Source: Kondoa subrosea (lineage: Eukaryota). From it: 64,000 nt of DNA. The stretch is taken from assembly GCA_039545335.1 (NCBI GenBank), contig BCIN01000007.1, positions 558,001 to 622,000 on the forward strand, read 5' to 3'. Positions within the stretch are counted from its first letter, which is position 1. Each line of letters begins with the position of its first letter. A program made the translations under genes and the position numbers. A model generated the notes under the pieces. The model was given only the letters and a program-made list of their open reading frames with translations. It was not told the DNA's origin and ran no database searches. This document shows positions 41,873 through 54,747 of the stretch, piece by piece.

Positions 41873-42112
41873 CGATCGATTTGCCCTGAAGGCGATAAGA
41901 AATTGCAAGGTCTGCATACTGAGAGGGGACTACTAGATACTGCTATACACTAACAAAAAGAAGTTATATATGTAGGGCTATGTTATAAATTCTCTCAAAA
42001 AAGGGTTATTGCTTGCTTGATATATACCTCCACAAAGACTGCTCATAAAGTTTCACCCATATGATATGTACTTGTCAAGCCAATGCGATCGCGAACGAAG
42101 GCCTCTGTCCTT

Positions 42113-43061
42113 CTAGAAGTAGATGGTAACAGTAGAACGTCGACGTTCTGCATCGTCATCAGCTTGCTGAGCTCGAGTCCTTCGTCGTTCAGCAGGGGGT
42201 GGGCGTGGCTTGATGCGCTATATATAGTCCGACAATCTGAGCATTTAAAAATGCTGAAAGAGGGGCGATCACTTACACCGAGAGTATTTGGTTGACCGCG
42301 AATGAAATCAGGATGCTCTGCGTACAATTATCAATCTTACGCTAAAGGACGGTGGAAGGGAAAGCGACTGACTGAAACCAGCAGCAGGAACGGAAGAAGA
42401 TTCGAATTGTTGAACCATAGCAGAAGCGGAATCCCAAGCTTCAGGTGTAGCCGGTGGAGTAGAATTTTCAAGCATTTCCAGCTGCGAAATACGTTGGAAG
42501 CCATCTGTAGTCATTTGTTCAGTATCAATGCATGTTCATTCGCATTATCAGAAGGCATGACTGACATAGGTTCAGCTGGCGAGCAAAAGAAGCGACATTG
42601 GAATGCTTGAACAATCGCGAAAGCACTGCAGCATCAAGTGATACATCAGCAACAGATCGGCTGTGGAAGCATCTTAATGCTCACCCTCCGTTCCGAATTC
42701 AGGAGTCGGGAAGAAGATAAATGAGTCTCCAGCTCCGTCCCAGCCTATATTGATTTGTCAGCAGAAAATCAACTAGCGATCAGACGCAAAGAAATACGAA
42801 TGTATTTAGCATATTCTGTGCGGTCAAGCAAGAACCAAAGTCTGTGTCACACGTATCAGCATTAATCTATCCAAAGCACTGAGCCGCGCACTTAGCCACG
42901 AAATCGGTGCATCTAGCACCACAAACGATCAGTATCCGAATCGGAGCTAATGATATGCTGAATCACCTTAAATCGGCCTCCGATTCTTGATTAGGAGCCA
43001 ATTGCAAACTCGAAGAAAGTTGAACAGGCGGTAAAGGCCAAGAACTTCCAGTCGCTGACAT
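42113..43061 (-). CDS. HSF-type DNA-binding domain protein, copy 2 (N-terminally truncated duplicate)
   Basis: Same exon structure as copy 1 and an open frame from MSATGSSWPLPPVQL through LFKHSNVASFARQLNLYGFQR and FKHPDFIRGQP. The upstream part is frameshifted or deleted. Confidence 0.75.
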
Positions 43062-43506
43062 TCTGCCTCCGCAATTTCTAGCTCCGTCAGATGAGACTAA
43101 CAATTGGTGTTGAGGTAGAGGTCAACAAGTGCCGCCTCTATGTCGATGCTATGATTCTTCGTTTGGTGATGGAGAACGTTGGAGAACGCCAATCAGTTTA
43201 AGTAGGAGCAGAAATGAGGTCATCTTTTGGATGAAAATAGTACTGTGGTGAGTCAGCATAATGCATTGGTAAAACATAATTCAAAGCATTTGCGGGTAAG
43301 CATGGGAGAATGAAATTAGAAGAAGGACGAAGTCAGACCTATACAGCAACAGTAACGCGAAACCTTCACAGGCCCAAGATGGTCAGCAGACTGTCGTTCG
43401 TCGCTGTGCGAGTAGGAAGTAACCAAAATTGCCAAATTCATGAAAAGTGGAAGAAACAATGCAATGCCTACTATTATTAAATGTCCCTTGATGAATACGA
43501 AAGATG

Positions 43507-46500
43507 CTAGTTGTGCAAAGAGAAAGAGATGAATGTAGCGGTCAAGCAGAGACCCGCGATGCAGTAGAAACCAAGATGGTAGTCTGTTAAATTCGTATAT
43601 TTAGCCACTTCTCTTCGTCTTACGGGTAAGACATCGCTCACCGAAAGGGTAAGGTCGAGGTTCAGCGATAGAAGCAGCCCAGATAATGCCGCCGATCGTC
43701 GGACCAAGACATCGAGCCAATGATGCGGCAGCTTGTGCCAGACCATTACTGAGACCAATCAGAGGAGCGGGAGTCATAGCGTTCGTAAGGACCATGATAG
43801 CGGTCTACGTGCATGATCAGCCTATTAAGTACACCCGAGGCGGAAGGAAAGAATTTACATAGGCGCAGCAATTTCCTAAAAATCTCATGGCGGATAAGAA
43901 AATCATTCCCAGCATGACCAAGACATCGTTGTGCTCGCTGAGTAGATTGCGTAATTCAGGGAAAAAGATGTAGACGGGAATGTAGCAGCTATGTCATGCA
44001 CGGTCGGCTTTCTTCACGGTAATTTTCGAGTCTGACTCACAATAATCCGAATCTCAACATAGTCAAGTGTGAGAGTTTGCCTCTAGGTGGACCAACATTC
44101 GGATAGAATTTGAACTGGAAGAACCTGCGGCGCCAGAAGACCAAGAATGAACTTCTTGCGATAAATATTTAGTCTGAGAAGGCATACATTTGGAAGAGTA
44201 CCATTACCGCTACGAGTTCGGCACTGTCACGATCTGTCAACGGCAAGAAGCAGACCATAAACAGAAGACCTACTAATGAGTAGCGTTCAATCCAAGGCCA
44301 TAAGAAGGAACAGGTGTGACTAAGAAAGTCCTGTTTACTCCGCGTAAAGATCAGATACAACACAGTGAGAAATTACGCACATGAAAATCTGATCGCAAGC
44401 TGTACCGTGCATAGCCAAGCAAAAGTATTGAAAGATCAAACCAATCGGCAAATCCTTCATGAGCGAAACTGGTCTTTCCGGTAAAGCAGGTGGGAAAGGT
44501 TCAATAGGTGAACCAGAGATACTTCTTTGGGCCTTGTTCTCCGGAATGGGAGCCAAAGAAAGGGAATTAGGTGGAACAAGCGAATTTGCAGATGTAGGTG
44601 GCTCTCGAACAGGTGACATGGAAGTTAAAGGTTCGCTCAAACCGGTGTTGCCAAAGATTGCCGGCATACGTGAAGAAGCGCTGCTGATTCTTCGCGCTGT
44701 ATTGACAGAAAACCTTCGACCTGGTAGAGCCAGACCAGAGATTGCAGATTCTCTTCTCCTCGCGGCACTTTCAGGTGTGACTTGAGCCATACTGTTACGC
44801 ATCGCTCTTCTGATAGGCGTTTGCTGAGGAGAAGGTTGAGAATCAACAACTATAGATTGTCTTGCAGCAGCACCACGCAGATCTTCCATCGAAGGTGGTG
44901 CAGATCCATCATAACCAAATGCATCTTCAGCTCCTAAGCCATCTTCCTCTTCTTCATCAAACACGCTATCGTCATAATCCGCTTGGGAGTATTCTTCATC
45001 TTCCATCCTTCCAGCAGTTGCAGCAGCGACCCATAAATCGGAAATGTTGAACACAGCGCCTTCATTGGCGAGCAAGAGTCTTTGCGCCAATCCAAACCCT
45101 TCTCCTCCTTCTCCACCAGCGAAAGAAGGTCGACCAGCATAAGATCCAACTTGATTAGTTACATTGGTACCTCTTCTTCTACTCAACCCAACTCGATCAT
45201 AACCATACGAAGTTCCATAGTTGGTAGCCTGACTTTGTCTTCTCGACTTGATTGGAATACCCTCGTTTGCATTTGAAGTGGATTCGATTTGAGCAGTAGC
45301 ATCTTCTGGTCGTCGCGAAGGTGTTCCGAAGATGCTTGATGCTTTTTTGACTAGCTTGTTGGGCACACTAACGGATCCTCTGCGCTCCATATCCTTTTCA
45401 GCTGGTAACTGGATAGCACCAGATCTTGGACCAGCATCGCGATCGAGGAAAAGAGTGAGAACGCAGCCAATGAACATGATGCCGCTTGAGACTAAGCAGG
45501 GCAAGAGATATTGATATTCAGCGAAAAGCGAGTCTTTGCCAAACAGGCCTGGGTACTTGACTGTCGGGTACACGAGAAGACCTCCCACGCTGAATACGTC
45601 AATAGTCAGTGAGTGTTCGGTCAGTGAAGTTGTTCAATTACATTGGTCCGACCACACCACCTGACAAGTACAATCAGTTTCATTCCTCCTGTTGGATAGG
45701 CATAGCTCACCCAGACCCCAGGAAATACTGATGAAAGAGTACGCCTTTGCCTCATTGGTCGAGTCGGTGATATCCCTCACAGCTGATCTGGCAACTCCAA
45801 CAGCGCCATTGAACAACCCTTGAGCCAATCTTGCCAGAATCATGACCTTGAGGTTCTTGCTCGTCCCAAACAATGTTAGAGACACGACGTTGCCCAGCAA
45901 ACTTGCAAAGAGTACAATTCGACGACCATGCTTCTCAGCAACAGAAACCCATAGCAAGCTGGTAAGGAATTGTGCGAGGAAGAAAGAGGAAGCCACAATG
46001 CCTGTTTGAAGGGTTGTGAAACCTTCGACTAATGGCTACATACCATACGAGCTTACCCGACCAGAACGCTACCTTGGCTTCTTTTCCTGTATCTGCTTCC
46101 TCTGGATTCTGGGTGAAGAAGTCTTCAAGCATAAAATAGAGGAACGAAGCCGGCGTCGAAGCTGATAGGAATTCCGCAAACATGCACATACAGAGTACAA
46201 CGATGCTGAGAATAGGTAGAGGAGTAGCGTAAGCTGTAGGACTGTATCCAGGTAAGAGAGTCGGTATATCATCGCCTTTGTCGATGATGGATCCAGTATC
46301 GTCCGCTCGAGACAACGGACGTGGTGTTCCTCGGTTACTAGTATTGCTATTATGTCGAGCTGTACAAAATGCGAGCCTCAGCCTCCGAGGCAAAAGAGAA
46401 CAGAAGTAGTGATCAACTGACTTGGTCTAGGTCGCGCTTCCTCGTCTGTGCCCAAGCTGATCCGTCCAGGTGGTGCAGCTACATTATCGTTACGCTTCAT

Positions 46501-46769
46501 GCCACTGTGAAACAAAGCAGATAAGCCTCAGCCTCTTTGCGATCTCGCGAAGACCGATTTCAAAATAAAGTTTCCCACCTGAAGAATCCCGAGATGGAGC
46601 GACTGGTAGAAGGCAAGCGCTTCTTGAAAGTAGGCGTCGTTTCAGTCGTCATGCTTGCTGAAGCTGGATTCGGCTCTGTTACAGAAGTAGTCGAAGGTTC
46701 ATGGTCGCGCTGTCTAAACCTTTCGATGAAAGTAATCAACTTGGGAGGCGGCGATGTAGGAGGATTCAT
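43507..46769 (-). CDS. MFS transporter (YCR023C/ZIFL-like) with a large central loop
   Basis: ATPLPILSI, ASSFFLAQFLTSLLW, AEKHGRR, RLAQGLFNGAVGVARS, EYQYLLPC, SNGLAQAAASLARCLGP. Confidence 0.9.
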
Positions 46770-46977
46770 CAGTCAGTCAGTTGTACAAGACAAGCCGTGT
46801 ATGGTGATTAGCTTTCAGCGGTTAAATATAACATAGCTATGAAACACGACCCCCTCGAGCGATCCAAGTCATCAGCAGCGACCCTCGTCCATGTGGAAGC
46901 AACAGGGCCGATCACCGATCTGATTTATCCATGATGAGGCCGAGAAGACAGAGGAGTACAGTGCTGTTCGATCACCA

Positions 46978-49056
46978 TTACAAAATCAGGATATGAGGGA
47001 CCTCGGAAACTGCGAAAGACGTACGTAGGCGGTGTGACGAGCGCGTAAGCCCAAAGCATAGTCTTCGATATGAGACCTGTAACATTGTGTCAGCTGACTG
47101 TAGGTACGTCTTCACTTGACTAACGTTCAAATGCATCTCCAGATGCAGCATCAGTAATCTAGCATAGAATCAGCAGAATTCTTGCTGATCAAAGACATCT
47201 ACTCGCCTGCGCCAGTGTCAGCGCGGGTGGGCTTCCTATGGCCAAACAAGCGGCTGCAATTGGGTAACGTTAACAATATAAACAGAGGGAATAGCTAAAA
47301 TCCACTCACTGACAACAAAAACAGGGTCATCTTGTACTCCGTTCTCTCCTAAAGAATACCACCACAATGCTGGTAATAGGATGGCAGGAGCGATAAACAT
47401 TCTTGACAGAATAGCAACAATAACCGTTCTCGTTTCTGTCAGACAACTCAGATACCAGTTCCAAGGGAACTGAATATGAGTAGGACTGACCTCCTGGCCT
47501 TGATGGCTTCACACTCTTACGCAAAGAAGTGCGCTTCGTCATTCTCGGTCGACTGCCTTTGAGCGCTCCAGGTCCTGATTTAGCTGCCGATTCCTTCTTC
47601 TTTGTTGGACCGTGATCATCTTCTTCATGCATAAACCCTCCAAGCACTACCAAGGTGAGAGGAATAGAACAGTTGCCTGCGCTGGTCAAAGCCCTGTGCT
47701 CAGAAGATCCTCCCAAATCAGCTTAAGCTGATACGAAGGCTGTCAGACGCACCCTCGAAGCGGTTGCAACTGATCCAGGAAATGCTGAACTGGCGGAATG
47801 CAGCACACAATTAGACTCAAGACTGCCGCATATCTATCTCCATCAATCAGCTTCCAGATCTCCATTGACTAGACCTCGAACTCACAAGGGAACAGTCATG
47901 AAAGCCTTGATACCCAAAACAACTTTCTTTAAAGGTTTCCAAACCCATCGAACCAAGAATTTCTTGATTTTCCTCATTCGCACTTGCAGTTGCGTTCTAC
48001 TAGGTTTCGTTCCATCTCGGTTCCCTACACCTCTTTCCGCACCCCATTCACTTTCATCCCTCTCGTGTCTATCATTGAATGGATCATCTTCATCATCCTC
48101 TTCCTCATCTGAACTAGCACTTGATCCTCTTGAAGAAGTAGCGGGAGTCCGATGCGTAGGCGTATTGGGGAATGAGTTGAAATAAGTATGTTGAGATTGC
48201 TTTTTCCTTTGTTCACCGTCAATGGATCCTGGATTGGTATGTTCAACTGATTCTCGTTCACCATCTGGGAAATGGATGGAACGACGTTTGGCTGCATCTT
48301 GATCCAACAAAAGAGGTTGAGATTCCGGTTCTACTGAAGGAGGTGATTGGACTAATGCGTTCGGATTGTTAGTAGAACCGTTAAGTATTTTAGGTGCGTT
48401 TTCGTCGACGGTAATCGGTTCGGGGTCATCCGCTACTGAGAGAAGCTTGACTCCAACAGACCAACGTAAGATAATGCCAAGTGTTGAGAAGAGGACAAGG
48501 TAAGAAAGAGCTCGACCCAGCATTTCATCTTGGGTATCATCAGGTCCCCATTTCAGGTCAGATACGCTGACGATCAGAGATTGCATCAAAGCAACAGGCA
48601 CTGTGCCCGGCTCAGCGGCAATTAAACGATAGAGAATCTCGACATACGCGAATTTGAGTTGGGGAAACCAGCGCAAGCTATTGCGAAAGCCGCTTGACTC
48701 TTCTTCAGACGAAACACCTTTCCTAAAGTCCAAGCACATCCCATAGACACTATTGTAACGATTGCGAAACCGATAGGAATGATCGCAAGATCCGCTAGCT
48801 TGTCAGGCGTTAAAGAGAAAGCCACTTTGCTGAACAGTAGAGCAGGAGTGAAAAGTGATACATTGAGTCTGTTAATGGACTTGCGAACATTGCTGCCTGC
48901 CAAGATACACTGTCAACAGAAGATCATGCCAAACATACACAACGGACTGAGGATGCCCTTGCGAGCCAGGAAGTAGCCGACCAGAGAGACCAAGAAGACT
49001 TCTACGATACTCTGGGCCACTGTGATGAGGAGTTGAACGACATAGCCCTCTTGCAT
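46978..49056 (-). CDS. Auxin efflux carrier / membrane transport (PILS-like) family protein
   Basis: QSIVEVFL..GYFLARKG, NVSLFTPALLFSKVAFSL, GFPNSNS.PVALMQSL, AGNCSIPLTLVVLG, LIGSPPALTLAQ. Confidence 0.9.
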
Positions 49057-49438
49057 TGTATTGTGGGCAATAAACGTGCGCCTCAAACCAAAGGAGTGGT
49101 ATACTCCAGTGTCCTTGCAGCGGTATCAGAGGCTGCCCTCAGAGCTGGTATAGAGCTGTTCTGAGCTTATCAGAGCGAAGACGTCGCTGGTAAGGGAAAA
49201 GACTTGGCTTGACCCAGATCAGCGATATTCATGCTATTGTCGAACTCCCTCTGTGCTGCCACTACATTTACTTCAAAGATGCGATTGTTTTGACTTCTGC
49301 TGTCCTGGATAATTGCCTTGGTCAATATTGGTTGGGTGTCTCGGCATGTTGTCATGCATGTTTTTCTTCTTCTCTAATACTTTTGCAGTCTTCTGCTCAG
49401 TGACCATATTTTCTCTCTTGCAAATCACTCGCAGTGCA

Positions 49439-50086
49439 ATGGCCATGCGGCGACGCAAGTGCGTTGTTTCGCTGTTGTCTACAAATGTCTCTGATTCCGC
49501 GACAGAGTATCGAAAGCCTCTACAGCTACTTTGCGACCGGCAACTCCTTTCCCTCTTCCTCAGGCTCCACTTGTTGCGCCGACTGCTCCGAGCTCGACAA
49601 CACATTCTTTTCCACCTGCACCAGTCTCTTCCTCTCAATTCTATGGTTTCGTCGTCTATCTCGGCTCATGGGTCGTCTTCATTTGCTACCTCTTTTGGGC
49701 TTTCATACCAGACAAGTATCTTGTTGCAATTGGATTGGATTGGTATCCAAATCGGTACATTCTCATTCTATCTTCTTTCTTATTTCAAACTTAATTGTAT
49801 GGTGATTAGAGAATGGGCATTACTTGGACCAGCTTGGTTAACAATGGCAATCGTCTTCACTTATGTCGCCTACGCGGCAATCAATATTTATTCTACCCCT
49901 TCATTGGATTCACTAGCTCACATAGTGGATGATCAAGGTCATCAACATGTGCTGAGAACAGGAGAAGAACATCCTATTATCGCTAATTCAAGTCATAAGA
50001 TGCAAGAGGGAAGTATTCCTGTCTTGTATGATTTACCTTTGGGTTTGGTCAATACGGTTTTGTACCGGGAAGAAGGTGACGTCTGA
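49439..50086 (+). CDS. GPI19: GPI-GlcNAc transferase subunit PIG-P
   Basis: FYGFVVYLGS...YLFWAFIPD...GLDWYPNREWALLGPAW...LYDLPLGLVNTVLY. Confidence 0.92.
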   Translation: MAMRRRKCVVSLLSTNVSDSATEYRKPLQLLCDRQLLSLFLRLHLLRRLLRARQHILFHLHQSLPLNSMVSSSISAHGSSSFATSFGLSYQTSILLQLDWIGIQIGTFSFYLLSYFKLNCMVIREWALLGPAWLTMAIVFTYVAYAAINIYSTPSLDSLAHIVDDQGHQHVLRTGEEHPIIANSSHKMQEGSIPVLYDLPLGLVNTVLYREEGDV

Positions 50087-50522
50087 ATGCGCTTGGAAGA
50101 AGCAGGGAGAAGGTGACTCGAGTCGCTAAATTGGTCAGTTGTCTCACTTTCCATTTACAATTGAGCTGAAACTTTTGTACTTTTGTAGAATGCCTTAGCC
50201 GGGCGAAGATTTGAAGAGAGAATCAGGTTGGGACACGAACTGAGCTAAATTCGAGCAAGTAAGCCTCCATGTTAGAAAATCTACTAAGCGTTTGCCTGAT
50301 GTGACTGGATTTCTAGCTGTTTTGTCCTCAGTGAAAGATAGCTAATGATGAGTTGGATCAGCATATGCATGAAGGACGAGATGTTGTAAGCCAAATGATT
50401 ACATATAAGTCATGTTTGCACAGCAGTACGGAACAGATCTAGAATACAAAAGGAGAATACATGTGCACAGATTGTCCACTCTTCAGCGCTCAACGAAGCG
50501 AGCCTGGAACCCGTGCTCATCG

Positions 50523-51233
50523 TTATCGAGAGATAGGCTGCTGTTGTGGTTGACCAGGATGATAGTATCCTGTTCCATGCTGTCAGATTAGCATCAGGTT
50601 TCCCTTGACTGTTGCATATACTGACCTGGATTGTAAGCATTCTGAGGCTGTGGAGGTCCGTAACCAGGTGTAAATTGACCGCCTTGTTGAGGATACTGCT
50701 GTCCGTATTGCTGAGGCTGTCCCATGAATGGTTGACCTTGCATTTGCCCGCCTTTGAGAGGCTGCGAAGATCCATCTTGCGTCTTCAAGTCAGATCGGAA
50801 GTGGATGTACTCGAGATGGAGTGCTTACCTAATTCATTCTGACATATGTTGCATTTCCAGACTGCTCGAGAAGGTTAGATCTAGTCCGTTCTCGCTGTAG
50901 AGGGAAGACAGACTATGATCGGCCGAACAAGGAATCTTACAGCATCATCAGAAGTCTGTCAGTAGCAACAGTAGAGGGAACTTACAAGGGGTACGAAGCA
51001 GATTTCAATCCACATTCTCTTCTTTTGCTGAAAGAGAGCAACATTGTTACATCTAGGACACAGGTAGGCTTGACCGCTGTAATAGTACAGTCAGAATCTT
51101 GAGAAAAGCCAAAGCTCGACAACGCACTCTCCCTCTTGGCTGTACTGTTGCCATTATCAGCCAACAGCATAGCTGCCTTGAGAGACTTTACTTTGTGAGG
51201 GCAGCCGAACGATACGCAGAAGCAGAAATCCAT
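50523..51233 (-). CDS. Small zinc-ribbon protein with a Gln/Pro/Tyr-rich tail
   Basis: Micro-exons give MDFCFCVSFGCPHK...CPRCNN...MWIEICFVPL...VWKCNICQ (two CxxC) followed by QPQQYGQQYPQQ. Confidence 0.75.
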
Positions 51234-51591
51234 TGAAAGAGCGTGACAACGAGATGATTGTTGCTTGAAGAGATTCTCCTGTCCAGTCACAGCCAAAATC
51301 AAGACCGATTGCTCTGAAAATCCAACAGAAAGACAGGTAGTGGACTTTGTGGCAGCTGATTGCGAAGAATTGACGCAAAGCAAAGGACAAGAGAAAATAG
51401 ATTTGCATGCTAAATTCAACTCTCTGTCATTTGGGCTTTGTTGCAAGTCACCCAATCCGGACTGGTTCGCAAGAGTCGGACGAAGTCTTCCTGTACCCAG
51501 ACTCGTTGCAATGTTGCAATGCATGTTCTCTCGACCCTTGCTATCAGATAGTCTACTTTTGAGTATGCAATGCATGACATCAAAGGCGATA

Positions 51592-53276
51592 TCAAGGCTC
51601 AAAATAGATAAACGCTTCCCTTGTCCGCCTGTCGATCTTCAAGATCGCTTTGGCTACTAACCCATAGATTGCTTTTGTCGCCATTTCATCTGACCAGTCT
51701 TTCGTCTTGAGCCATTTGATCAAGCAGGCTTTTATTTCGTTCATCTGGACCATGCCCATCTTGCCATTGACATCGCAGAAATTCGCACCGCTGTTCGAGA
51801 TCAAAACTGAAGAAGGTGGGTCGCGGAAAGTAATTGTAGGTAGAACAGTCGAAGGCGGGGATAGAAGAGATTGGAGGAAAAGGAAAAGAAGATGACATTC
51901 GAGGAGATTGACAGGTTGAAATGATGAGTCTTCAGATCCGCTCTTCTTTTGCAGCAGGTCCCTGAAATCGGATGAGCGAGATGCACTTCTTTTTAAGTAG
52001 TACTCACATGATTTCTGCTGCGCTACGGGATGCTGCATCAATCCCATAAGAATCTTTCAAAGTATTGCTGATCTTTGCCTGAAAACACAATGAGCCATAT
52101 AAGCTGTGTATTGCAAGATACTGACTGCTATTCGATCCACGATCTCAGCATCCATGATCGGATCCGCTTCGATGAGAGGTTCAGGTTGCTGTTCAGCGGC
52201 TTGAGTGGTTTCGTGAGACTGTTCTGTTTGAGGTGACTGCTCGACTGTGATGCTTTCGGCTGCATCTAAAACTGTGGGGATTTCCACTGCATTCTATCCG
52301 CAAGATGAGCACAGCGTCACGGGCAAGAGAGCATCACTGACTTTCACTTCTGCCTCGAGAACAGGCTCAACAGCCGCTGGTTTACGTAGTCTGGAGGCCA
52401 AAGAAGGCTGTTTCTTGATCGTAGGCACATTTCTCGGGGCAACAGTCGCTTTCTTCGCTTGCAAAGACTGATCCAGTAATTCGAGCTATCGTTGGTTGGT
52501 CAATTTCGATTGAACAAACAAGACGAGCAAGTATGCCTACCTCTTTCTCTCGCTCTTCATTGAGCGCTTTCAATGCTATTATCTCCAGCTCTTCTCGCTT
52601 AATTGCTCTTTCGATTGATTCTGCTGAACTTCCGCTTGTGAATGGATTAGAAGAAGACCCCCTTGAAACAGGCCCCTACATAATATTAGTCCTTGATCAA
52701 GAAGAAAGATTGATTACTTACCTGTAAAGCTTCTTCGCGATCCTGTATAGCATCGACTAGATTATCATGCTCGGCCAACAATTGCTCGATATGTTCTCTA
52801 GCTCTTTTCAGCGGACTCGGACTAAGGTCTACTATCAGCATGAACTTCTCAAACGAGAAAGGGATAATTCACTAGATGTCTAGCAACTTGAGAGCCGCTC
52901 TGAGATACTTCTCCGGATCATTTGGCGTTCCAATCTGAGCCTTCTTCAGCAGACTTGCTTTCTCCACAGCTTGTCTTCTTTGTGGACCAACTCGACGTCC
53001 TCCGACATCCCAACGAGCTTCATTGACACTCTGCCTCAATCGCATCATCCTTTCCATTTGCTGCTGCTGCATTTCATCTCTTCCAGAAGAAGAAGTAGGA
53101 CGGAAGAGTGAGATTTCATGAGGTTCTCCTTCGCGAAGACAATGTTCTTCAAAGTATTCTGCAGGCTGCAAGACTGCTCGCGTGAGAGCCAAGTTTTGTT
53201 CGAAAGGACAATCGGCGATCAAGTCGCTGTAGGCCTGGATGCGTTCGAAAGCGTCTAATATCTGTGAGACAAGCAT
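51592..53276 (-). CDS. SPC34: DASH/Dam1 complex subunit Spc34-like
   Basis: PFEQNLALTRAVL...LREGEPHEISLF matches the Spc34 N-terminal pattern, followed by PEKYLRAALKLL and a coiled coil. Confidence 0.7.
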
Positions 53277-53578
53277 GAGCTGGGCTGCGAGACTTGCAGA
53301 TGAGACAAATTCACATCAGGCATTATGCGACTTGATCAGATCTGCGCGTCAAACGGCTAAGATGGGTCTGTTACAGGTGCAGATAGATCAGATGTGTATG
53401 TAGCTTGAGTCTAGGGGCGCGCAAGTCGCAGAAAGTGACGAAGTGCAGCCTCAAATAATCTTGTCTCGAACAGCGGAAGACTGGGTAAACAGAGATACCA
53501 GAGGGCCCTGGACTGATATCGCAGCTCATAGTATACCACTGCAGCAAGGCGGAAGCGGCCAGCAAGCTCAAAGCCAGT

Positions 53579-54747
53579 ATGGAGCAAGACTTGACGCAAT
53601 CTCACAATTCGCCTTTTCTATCTCTTTCCTACGAGCTCATTGAACACATTCTGCTCTCATGCGAACGCCAAGACCGATATAAGGCTCTTCTTCTAAATAA
53701 GCGTATTTCTGCAATCGCCCTCAAACGGCCTCTGTGGAAAGAGCTGGTCATCAAGGATGCCAGTCAAGCCTATACTATTCTTCATTGTATCAAGGCAAAG
53801 CCGATATTGGGCCGCTATGTTCTGGCAGTCATCTGGAATGACAATGGTCTCTTTTTCCAGGGTGATCATGGGCTTTGGCCTTTACACCTTAGTACAATCT
53901 CTGCCGTTCTACTACAAATCTTGGAATTGACTCCTCATATATGCGAAGTTGAAGTATGCGACCTACCGACATTGGCACAGGATATCTGGCTGCGAACATT
54001 GCTGAATTGCGAGGGTTTGAAGATCCTTCGATACAATAATTTTTCAGACAGACCTTCGGGCTTTGGCGCAATGAACTGGTTCAAGATCGCGAAGCTGCTC
54101 TCCCAGTCTCAAATCCGTGATTTTACCTACGATGGCTATATCGAAGATCCAGACCTCGTACCAGACTACAGAGTCTTTGAGGCATCTTTGCATCTCACAG
54201 AACTCTACCTGTTTAAAATAACTTTCCAACCACTTACCATGACAAGTTTGTTCAAGAGACTGCCCACAAGCTTTGAGCGCTTAACAATGCATGATATTGC
54301 CGGCTGCATTATCGAAGAAATGCTTGATTGCATCGCCTTCAATCTCACGCAGATACAAGAGCTGAATCTCCAAGTCGACACCGAGGAAATCCTGGAAGCA
54401 GATCGTGCCCATTGGCTTCACCCCTTAATTAATCTTCGCGAGCTACAAATCTCAGGCTACGCGATACACAAAACCTCGCTTCTTTATCTACCTCCAAAAG
54501 TGCACTTGATGGCCTTGGCTCATACTGGCATAGAGCTTGGTTACATAGGCCTACTTATGGCCCGGCACAAGGGATTGACTCAAATACAACTGCTGGATCA
54601 GAATTTTGATGATATTGAATTTGGAGCGGAAAAATCAGCAATGATGGTAAGCTTGGCTTCCTGAATCTTGTGATGCGGAAATGCTTACAGATCCTGTAGC
54701 GTTTGGCCGAAGAGTATGAAGTCGACCTGAAGTGGAATTGGGACTAA
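53579..54747 (+). CDS. F-box / leucine-rich-repeat-like protein
   Basis: N-terminal LSLSYELIEHILL...ALLLNKRIS F-box and LxxLxL repeats. One intron near the C-terminus. Confidence 0.8.

Larger units (their letters stand above)
39540..43345. repeat. Diverged tandem segmental duplication (about 39540..41640 vs 41890..43345)
   Basis: Similarity covers the 3' flank (gaaattgcaagg, tactgctata, tgcttgcttgatatata), exons, introns and the 5' flank (gaagtcagacctatac at about 41620 and 43330). Confidence 0.9.

Noticed and set aside
41866..41880. (GATC)n run
   Set aside because: Short microsatellite at the edge of the COX4-derived block, not an independent feature.
49313..50086. 257-aa ORF in the ORF track as a single-exon membrane protein
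   Set aside because: Only its last part is in the PIG-P frame. The spliced PIG-P model explains the region better.
50345..50400. ATGATGA followed by AGCATATG-C-ATGA, which could guide 18S Am28 (snR74-like)
   Set aside because: Only 8 bp of complementarity and no canonical terminal D box. Worth a cmscan but not callable.
50982..51660. Overlapping 206-aa and 131-aa ORFs
   Set aside because: Mostly read-through of intergenic DNA and introns of the zinc-ribbon gene, with no independent coding signal.
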